Below are positions 44,261 to 49,867 of a DNA stretch of 49,867 nucleotides, piece by piece. The position numbers and the translations under genes are program-made. The notes beneath the pieces were generated by a model. The model was given only the letters and a program-made list of their open reading frames with translations. It was not told the origin of the DNA and searched no databases. The DNA is from Planctomycetota bacterium (lineage in GTDB: Bacteria; Planctomycetota; Planctomycetia; Pirellulales; UBA7805), in assembly GCA_036337375.1 (NCBI GenBank), contig JAYZEI010000006.1, positions 1 to 49,867 of the forward strand. The letters run 5' to 3'. The first letter of the stretch is position 1, and each line of letters opens with the position of its first letter.

Positions 44261-45964
44261 TTATCTTTTTAGGTCATAGCCGACGGGTCCGATGAAACCG
44301 GGGCCCAATGATTCGCTATTCTCCGGCATTGTCGTGGCCGCGGTGGGCTGGTTGTAGCGGCTGTTACGTCGAGAACCGGCTGCCGACTGCGGGTCAACCT
44401 GTCCCGCGTTAGGATGCGGCATTGGCCGAAGCCGAGAAGAAGAGACGGCCGGACGCTGACGTTGCGGTTGTGCCGGTGTCGCCGGCCACCGCGCCGATGA
44501 TGGCGGCTGTGTGGTCGGCGGTCCCGACGGCGCTGGTTCGGCCGGCGGCAGGGGAACGGCTTCGGACGGCAACGGACCTTGGAATTGACCGTGCGGACCA
44601 TGCCCTTTCGGTACTTCGATGTGCCCGCGCAGGTACAAATCCCCGGCGGATGGGCTATCCGAGTTCATTCCCAGCCCGATCGGCGATACTTCGTCCGCGT
44701 CGACCGCTTCGACCAATTCCGGCGTGACCAGAATCAGCAGTTCCACTTCGTTATTTCGCTCCTGAACACGACGGAACGGCGCTCCCAGGTAGGGGAGGTC
44801 GCTGAGGATCGGAAAGCCCGCATGTTCGGCTTCGACGCGATGCTGTACCAAACCGGCCAGCGCGAGCGTCTGTCCCGCGCTCATCTCGACACCGGTGTCC
44901 ACAAATCGCTTGGTCAATGCAGGCACGGTAATGCCGTTGAGCGTCACACCGCGGGCTTCGTCGAGTTCGCTGACCTGCGGCCGGATTTCGAGCCGGATCC
45001 GCCCGTGGCCCATGACGATCGGCACAAAGTCAACTTCCGTACCGTAGGATTTGTATTCAATCGAGACGGTACCGAATCCGCCCGGTACGAGGATCGGAAA
45101 TTCACCCCCGGCGAGGAATCTGGCCGGTCGACCGCTAACGGTAACCAGCGTCGGTTCCGCCAGCACTTTTACGACATTTTTTTGCTGCAGGAATTCCAAC
45201 GTTCCCAGGAAATTCGTGCTGGAATTGACCAGCCCAAACCGAAAGTTGTCGCCGCCTAACGCTGCCCCGCCGGGCGCGATCAGTCCGGCAGCGGCCGATA
45301 CAAAAAAGTTTCCGCCGCGCGATATGCTAAAGTCAAACCCCATCGATCGCAGCTTGGTACGCGACACCTCCATCACACGAACGTTTAGCATTATCTGCTG
45401 TACGCCGCCAACGCTGATGTTGTTGATGACCTTGGGGTAATAGTTCTCGGCAATACTAATCACCGTACCGACCTCGGAAGGCTGGCCAACGAAGCCGGAA
45501 ATTACCACGCTGTTGGACAGCGGTAGAACCTTCAGCGCCGACTTCGGAAACTGGGTGCGCAGAATCGCAATCAACTCCTGTGCGTCGCCGAACACGAAAA
45601 CGTCGATAGACTGCACGTTGTCGTCTTCGTCCCACAGATTGACCTGCGTCACACCCGCCGCTACGGCCGAGATCTGAATTTGAGTGGGCGACAGCGGCGT
45701 CAATTCCAGAATGTTCGGATTATTCACCTGCGCGCGGGGAATCTTTTTGTCCAGCGTCAGAATGCGGCTCGTGTTGACGACCATTTCGACGCGTTGCGTC
45801 ACTTTGGAGACGTCGATCAGTAGCGGTTGGCGCGTGCCTGCCGACTGTGCGTCCACGTCTGGTGCGACAAACAACGGCCAGCCGAGGCCGAGAATAATCA
45901 CAAGCACCGACCGGGCCATATAGGCATCGTGGCTTCTCATCCGTGTCCCTTCCCTGCCAGCCAT
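44261..45964 (-). CDS. cpaC: Tad/Flp pilus secretin CpaC/RcpA with Pro-rich C-terminal tail
   Basis: Secretin blocks VLAEPTLVTVSGRPARFLAGGEFPI and FPILSDLPYLGAPFRR...ELLILVTPELV, then a ~130-aa P/S/A/Q-rich tail. The exact start is uncertain (ATGs at 45964, 45940, 45919). Confidence 0.85.
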   Translation of the reverse strand: MAGREGTRMRSHDAYMARSVLVIILGLGWPLFVAPDVDAQSAGTRQPLLIDVSKVTQRVEMVVNTSRILTLDKKIPRAQVNNPNILELTPLSPTQIQISAVAAGVTQVNLWDEDDNVQSIDVFVFGDAQELIAILRTQFPKSALKVLPLSNSVVISGFVGQPSEVGTVISIAENYYPKVINNISVGGVQQIMLNVRVMEVSRTKLRSMGFDFSISRGGNFFVSAAAGLIAPGGAALGGDNFRFGLVNSSTNFLGTLEFLQQKNVVKVLAEPTLVTVSGRPARFLAGGEFPILVPGGFGTVSIEYKSYGTEVDFVPIVMGHGRIRLEIRPQVSELDEARGVTLNGITVPALTKRFVDTGVEMSAGQTLALAGLVQHRVEAEHAGFPILSDLPYLGAPFRRVQERNNEVELLILVTPELVEAVDADEVSPIGLGMNSDSPSAGDLYLRGHIEVPKGHGPHGQFQGPLPSEAVPLPPAEPAPSGPPTTQPPSSARWPATPAQPQRQRPAVSSSRLRPMPHPNAGQVDPQSAAGSRRNSRYNQPTAATTMPENSESLGPGFIGPVGYDLKR

Positions 45965-46049
45965 CCAACGGCCGGTTCATCCGTGCATCGCTCGCGCAAA
46001 TCCTCCGCAGACGCGGTTGCGCAGCCTGTTTCATTCTGCAAACAGGCTT

Positions 46050-47105
46050 TTAACCCCTTTTTTCAACGATCTCTTTGATCTGCGATTCGCTGATTTCTTT
46101 ACTGTCTGGGTCTAATTCAACCGCCTCTGGGCTGAACTTTTCGTTGTCCTGTTTACCGCTGTTTTTCTCAATTTCACGCCCGCCTTCAGCGTGGCTACTG
46201 CCTGAAACCTTTCTGGGAACCGACGAATCCGAGGTGAATTCGTAAACCTCAGCGATATTGCCGTGCATCATGGTTACCTTCCATGTCACGTTCTCGCCTT
46301 TTTTAGCACGCAGCGCGGCAAGTTCGAGTTCGAGTTGTCGGCGTTGCTCATCCAGTTGCGCCAACAAACGGGCTCTCTCCTCGTCGATGCCGTCGTCAAA
46401 TGTTTCAGCATCGTCGAAAATATTTTCCGTAAAGGCCTGCACCTCGTGGCCCGTTTCTTCTTGGTCGTCGAGCCCGCGCAAGACGAGACGGATCTTGCCG
46501 ATCTCCGCCGCCAACGCCACCTTGGCACCCTGGTCGGGTGTAACTAACAGCGAAATCGTCGATGCCTGGACCGGCTCGCCTTCGTCGTCCGGGCGGGTTT
46601 TGGTATCGACGGCAAATACCGGAACGTCTTCAAGGAAGGTTTTGATCATCGTTCTGGGGATGTCGCTACTTTGATTTTTGTGAACGAACACTTGGACATC
46701 GACCCGGTCGCCGGGGTTGATCAACCCCAAACCGCTTTCCCGGGTCACGCTGACCGGGACCACCCGGTGGCCTTCCGGAATTTCTGCCGAGGGCCGAGTC
46801 GATCCACCGATCATGCTGGCCATAATCGGCAGACCCGCGGCGATCTTATGCAACGGTCGCTGGCCTTCGATTTCTGCGAGGTCACGCACGGCGTGTTCGG
46901 GGATGTCGCTCTTGGGCCAGTCCTTGACCAAGACATTTTCCGGCGTGAGCAATGTGCTCCGCTCGATATCAATCATGGCAACCAGAATCGGTTCCGTTTC
47001 AACCGCGGGCTCGTTGCCGTGGTCCATCATTTCGCTTACGCCGATCGAAGCAACCAAGCCGCAACCAATCGCCAGCAGGAGGAGGATGAGCGATTTGGGA
47101 CGCAT
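46050..47105 (-). CDS. cpaB: Flp pilus assembly protein CpaB/RcpC with extended C-terminus
   Basis: N-terminal TM MRPKSLILLLLAIGCGLVA and a SAF-like domain (ILVAMIDIERSTLLTPENVLVKDWP). An additional coiled coil (EERARLLAQLDEQRRQLELELAALRAKK) and a tail follow. Confidence 0.8.
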   Translation of the reverse strand: MRPKSLILLLLAIGCGLVASIGVSEMMDHGNEPAVETEPILVAMIDIERSTLLTPENVLVKDWPKSDIPEHAVRDLAEIEGQRPLHKIAAGLPIMASMIGGSTRPSAEIPEGHRVVPVSVTRESGLGLINPGDRVDVQVFVHKNQSSDIPRTMIKTFLEDVPVFAVDTKTRPDDEGEPVQASTISLLVTPDQGAKVALAAEIGKIRLVLRGLDDQEETGHEVQAFTENIFDDAETFDDGIDEERARLLAQLDEQRRQLELELAALRAKKGENVTWKVTMMHGNIAEVYEFTSDSSVPRKVSGSSHAEGGREIEKNSGKQDNEKFSPEAVELDPDSKEISESQIKEIVEKRG

Positions 47106-47485
47106 AGTAACCGCCTAGGCCATCCTTGACTTATCTAAGGTTAATATGGGGACAATTCAGCGACGTGGGCCGACAAGGCCGCTGCCATGTTCGACAGCCA
47201 AAAAACTTGTACTCAACTAAATTTTGTTGAACTGCTGCCCTCGCAATACCCGTGCTAGCTACCAAGGACTCATCACCGGTACTTGCCCGCGGCCGTTTTC
47301 CAAACCGGACGCGAACTGTCGAAATTGCCCCCGCCGGACAACCGCTAGCAGGGCCGATTTCGATTGTTTCAGCCGCCATCCGACAGGGACTCCCGTGGAA
47401 AGACATCATGGTCCGTGGCTGACGCGCCTTGTCGATTTTTTCGGCATAATCGCCAAGGTTTCTTCAGTTTGAATTTTTTGCCTGA

Positions 47486-47517
47486 CCACAAAAATCGGCG
47501 GCCGCATTGCGGCCGTC
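47486..47517 (-). terminator. Rho-independent terminator just after cpaA
   Basis: GC-only 7-bp stem (47499-47505 / 47509-47515) with a 3-nt loop. On the minus strand it is followed by GAUUUUUGUGG. It begins 13 nt after the cpaA stop. Confidence 0.5.
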
Positions 47518-47529
47518 AATTCACACGGT

Positions 47530-48090
47530 TCAAACAAGCATGCCCGTCCAAGCAAAGTAGGCAATCGAACCTAAGGCAATCGGAATACCATAGGGCAGCA
47601 ACATCATGCTGCTCTTGCGGTCTGCGGCAATCGCGGCCAACTCGTCCGGATTCCTGATCACCATCATCTCGTTCAAAATCAGCCAAAACTGCTTGCTGTG
47701 CTTTTTCCATCCGCGACGCAGCAACACCATCACGATCGCCATCACGCCGCCGACAACGGTCGTCGCACAGAATGCGTAGAACGTGGCGGTCGGTCCAACC
47801 CAGGCACCGACGCCGCCCAGCAGTTTGACGTCGCCCGCACCCATTCCGCCAATGGCGTATGCCGGCAGCAACAAGGCAATGCCAACCAGCATGCCGACCA
47901 GACTCCAGCCAATTCCTTCCCAACCAAAAGCAATACCGCTGTAAACCCAACCGCTAACGATCATCGGAAACGTCAGCCAATTGGGCACACGCAATTGTCG
48001 ACCGTCGATCCAGGCGGCCGCGATCAGCACTGCGGTGACCAGCCAGACAGGCCCGTGTTCTGCCAACTCGGCGGTAAATGATTCAAACAT
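47530..48090 (-). CDS. cpaA: Type IV prepilin peptidase (A24 family), CpaA/TadV-like
   Basis: Polytopic membrane protein with the two catalytic Asp contexts (WIDGRQLRVPNWLT and GGMGAGDVKLLGG). Confidence 0.8.
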   Translation of the reverse strand: MFESFTAELAEHGPVWLVTAVLIAAAWIDGRQLRVPNWLTFPMIVSGWVYSGIAFGWEGIGWSLVGMLVGIALLLPAYAIGGMGAGDVKLLGGVGAWVGPTATFYAFCATTVVGGVMAIVMVLLRRGWKKHSKQFWLILNEMMVIRNPDELAAIAADRKSSMMLLPYGIPIALGSIAYFAWTGMLV

Positions 48091-48159
48091 GATTCTCTCG
48101 CTTTCTCACCTAATAAATGTCGTTTCGCTTTGCGCCGGCACCATCCGCCGCGGGACAGT

Positions 48160-48267
48160 TTAGCGCGGCACCATGAACCAGCCGAAAAAGACGCTCACGG
48201 TGGTCAGCAGGTAAGCCAGCCCTTGCCAGGCAAACGCAACCGAATCTGCGGGAACTACCGGATACAT
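48160..48267 (-). CDS. Candidate 35-aa single-TM small protein between flp and cpaA
   Basis: My own translation: MYPVVPADSVAFAWQGLAYLLTTVSVFFGWFMVPR*. The ATG follows AAGGA at about 8 nt. It has one hydrophobic helix and is below the ORF-track size cut-off. No homology evidence is available. Confidence 0.3.
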   Translation of the reverse strand: MYPVVPADSVAFAWQGLAYLLTTVSVFFGWFMVPR

Positions 48268-48300
48268 GATTCAAGTCCTTGTAACGAAACTTTTCGTCGT

Positions 48301-48345
48301 AAAATCAAAGAAGCCCCTCGACGCCGAAGTAAGGACGCCGAGGGG
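48301..48345 (-). terminator. Rho-independent terminator/attenuator downstream of flp-1
   Basis: 12-bp stem (48314-48325 / 48334-48345) with an 8-nt loop. Two positions are G-U on the minus-strand RNA but A-C on the plus strand. It is followed by CUUCUUUGAUUUU on the minus strand. Confidence 0.6.
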
Positions 48346-48423
48346 ATTTCTAGTCGCTTTAACCTGCCCGGGCACCAAGCTGCCAAACAGGAGCCTAGGA
48401 GCGTCCGGTCGTAATAACTTTTA

Positions 48424-48609
48424 TTAGAAGCTACTATTCTCGATGCCGTCTGCAACACGGCTAAACGTCGTGTTCGCTGTGGTTCCGATCGCACTGATCG
48501 TGGCCAGGCAGACGACGATGATCAGAGCCAGCATCACGGCATATTCAACCGCTGTGGGACCGTCTTCGGAGACCAAAAAATTCTTGACTTTGGTGGCAAA
48601 ATGTTTCAT
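48424..48609 (-). CDS. flp: Flp-family type IVb pilin (copy 1)
   Basis: MKHFATKVKNFLVSEDG/PTAVEYAVMLALIIVV: the Flp motif (G/xTAxEY) followed by a hydrophobic helix. 61 aa. Confidence 0.9.
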   Translation of the reverse strand: MKHFATKVKNFLVSEDGPTAVEYAVMLALIIVVCLATISAIGTTANTTFSRVADGIENSSF

Positions 48610-48736
48610 CGAAAACCTCCAGATTTAACTTGCGGCTACCGCCGTTCGGGCGATGCACCTGTTTGTAAAACAATCAAAGCCTTGCAACGCGGCAAGGAAC
48701 TCATTCGCCTTCACGCCCATGTTTCCTTACCAGTAA

Positions 48737-48764
48737 AACGTATGTCGCAACTGTGGGCTGTCAA
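48737..48764 (-). promoter_or_regulatory. Candidate sigma70-type promoter of flp-1
   Basis: On the minus strand: -35 TTGACA (48759-48764), 16-nt spacer, -10 TACGTT (48737-48742). The same elements at the same spacing are conserved upstream of flp-2. Confidence 0.4.
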
Positions 48765-48844
48765 TTTTAGAGGAACAGAAAATCTGCGTTTTTTTTTAAA
48801 TTCCCCTGTGTATCCGAGGCTATGCCCGGTATCAAAACGCAAAC

Positions 48845-49027
48845 TTAACCATTATTCGAGAGCGAGGTTGCAACATTGCTGAACGTCGTGTTCGTCGTGG
48901 TTCCGATCGCACTGATCGTGGCCAAGCAGACAATGATGATCAGAGCCAGCATCACGGCATATTCAACCGCTGTGGGGCCGTCTTCGGAGACCAAAAAATT
49001 CTTGACTTTGGTGGCAAAACGTTTCAT
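48845..49027 (-). CDS. flp: Flp-family type IVb pilin (copy 2)
   Basis: MKRFATKVKNFLVSEDG/PTAVEYAVMLALIIIV. It is nearly identical to copy 1 except for the last ~15 residues. Confidence 0.9.
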   Translation of the reverse strand: MKRFATKVKNFLVSEDGPTAVEYAVMLALIIIVCLATISAIGTTTNTTFSNVATSLSNNG

Positions 49028-49154
49028 CGAAAACCTCCAGATTTAACTTGCGGGTATCGCCGCTCGGACGATGCCCCTGTTTGTAAAACAATCAGAGCCT
49101 TGCAACGCGGCAAGGAACTCATTCGCTTTCACGCCCGTGTTTCCTTGTCAGTAA

Positions 49155-49182
49155 AACGTATGTCGCAGCTATGCGGTGTCAA
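49155..49182 (-). promoter_or_regulatory. Candidate sigma70-type promoter of flp-2
   Basis: -35 TTGACA (49177-49182), 16-nt spacer, -10 TACGTT (49155-49160) on the minus strand. Paralogous to the flp-1 promoter. Confidence 0.4.
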
Positions 49183-49712
49183 TTTGGAGACTCAGCAAAT
49201 CTGTGAACTTTCTCTAAATTCTTCTGCGTGGCTGAAGGTCTGCCCCGCCTCGAAGTGAAAATCGCGGCGGCCGCATTAGCGGTCAGGTTGGAAAAATGTC
49301 AAAAGTGGCCTACCCGCGCAAGCCGTTATTTTCGTACCGCGCACCTTGAACACCGCGAACCTTGAAAACTGAACGCCGGCGGTTGTCGTCCGGAGAGCCC
49401 CGGCTCCGCCGCTTCGTCGAACCCGACAACGACCTCCTCTTCTGTCCGCAGTACCGCGTTGACTGCAGTCCAGGCAGAGCAAAGAGTCTCGATGTTGGTG
49501 ATGGGATCGCGGCGCGAATGGCCCGCTATCCGGCCAAATTATGACGATTGTCTCGGCTGTGTCGCTTTCGCCGGTGAGCATGCCAGCGGCCTGGAATTTC
49601 GTCCCAAAATCGGACAAAAAGGATTTTGATTCTCAACCGCCGAGCTAGGATTGTTGTTGTGTATTTTTTGCAACGTGGAGTTCGAATTCGAACGGGATGA
49701 CGAAGTAGTCGA

Positions 49713-49867
49713 ATGTTAAAGCCCAAACCGATCCGCAGATGTGAACTGTTAAGTGTCGTGCTGCCGGTCTATAACGAGGCCCAGATCCTCGAAACGCTGC
49801 TGACCGAAGTCACCCGCAGGGCGGAACGATCTGCCGACGGCTTGGAAATCATTTTCGTCAACGACGG
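49713..49867 (+). CDS. GT2-family glycosyltransferase, 5' partial (runs off the window)
   Basis: My translation from the ATG at 49713: MLKPKPIRRCELLSVVLPVYNEAQILETLLTEVTRRAERSADGLEIIFVNDG. This is the typical GT2 N-terminus (SVVxPxYNE ... IxVxDG). Confidence 0.7.
   Translation, partial: MLKPKPIRRCELLSVVLPVYNEAQILETLLTEVTRRAERSADGLEIIFVND

Larger units (their letters stand above)
48424..49260 (-). repeat. Tandem duplication (~418-bp period) of a complete flp unit: promoter, leader and CDS
   Basis: The start codons are 418 nt apart (48609 vs 49027). The 5' two-thirds of the CDS and the ~180-nt upstream region align almost base for base by eye. The 3' ~40 nt of the CDS and the distal upstream region are more diverged. 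Confidence 0.85.

Noticed and set aside
47131-47409. A 92-aa minus-strand ORF in the cpaA-cpaB spacer, considered as a pseudopilin (TadE/F-like).
   Set aside because: It has no N-terminal hydrophobic or prepilin-like segment, a Cys/Arg/Pro-rich composition, and no Shine-Dalgarno.
48424-49260. Repeated units near the window end, considered as a CRISPR-like or mobile-element repeat.
   Set aside because: There are only two ~418-bp units, and each contains a complete Flp pilin gene with its own promoter. No short-repeat/spacer periodicity and no cas or transposase genes are present.
49276-49617. A 113-aa minus-strand ORF upstream of flp-2.
   Set aside because: Its Arg/Gly/Cys-rich sequence has no motifs, and it overlaps equally long ORFs in other frames. 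It is more likely non-coding upstream DNA of the flp units.
1-49867. A whole-window look for mobile elements, prophage or defence genes, rRNA/tRNA, and abrupt compositional islands.
   Set aside because: I recognised no transposase, integrase, recombinase, nuclease-helicase or toxin-antitoxin-like ORFs, and no tRNA T-arm or rRNA-like segments in the intergenic regions I read. The only clear compositional anomaly is the short AT-rich island upstream of mraZ. This was a by-eye scan, not tRNAscan or Infernal, so small RNAs could be missed.

Overview
This window is dense and almost entirely protein-coding: about 45 CDS on both strands, many with 4-8 nt start/stop overlaps. The gene content suggests a Planctomycetota (Pirellulales-like) chromosome; this is inferred from content, not from a database hit. 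That content includes tandem sulfatases, DUF1080, an SHD1-domain proline-rich protein, 'TDAGL'-type leucine-rich repeats, ThuA, a cytochrome c next to a YVTN propeller, Flp/Tad pilus genes and FliW-CsrA. Blocks, left to right: (1) recO, then a translationally coupled BamD-like/LptE-like lipoprotein pair. (2) A glycan-modification cassette of methyltransferase, 2OG-oxygenase-like protein, MBOAT and SGNH hydrolase. (3) folP. (4) An ABC exporter whose permease is fused to a large beta-propeller-like domain, then DedA, a hypothetical protein with ApbE, and hemY. (5) fliW-csrA followed by an SHD1 proline-rich membrane protein, and a divergent orphan mraZ behind an AT-rich island. (6) An LRR protein, a YVTN propeller and a cytochrome c. 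(7) An ABC-F ATPase gene interrupted by one in-frame TAA. (8) An ~11.5 kb sugar-acid-type catabolic island. It holds two creatininase-family proteins, a UlaD/UlaE-like pair, DUF1080, an HpcH aldolase, an enolase-superfamily dehydratase, an Nramp-like transporter carrying an Asp-rich Ca-binding-type insert, an MtnK-like kinase coupled to a divergent enolase paralog, and a P-loop kinase. (9) A zinc-ribbon protein, ThuA, two overlapping sulfatases, and a transglutaminase/hydrolase fusion. (10) A partial Tad/Flp pilus locus (cpaE, cpaC, cpaB, cpaA, a 35-codon ORF, two tandemly duplicated flp pilin units), then the 5' end of a GT2 glycosyltransferase. I saw no rRNA, tRNA, CRISPR array, transposase/integrase, prophage or recognisable defence system, and none of the findings amounts to a clear novel system. 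The most unusual items are the Nramp-like transporter insert, the kinase-enolase paralog pair, the interrupted ABC-F gene, the duplicated flp units with a conserved structured leader, and a structured element abutting the csrA stop codon. All family calls rest on motifs read by eye from the ORF translations. No searches were run.
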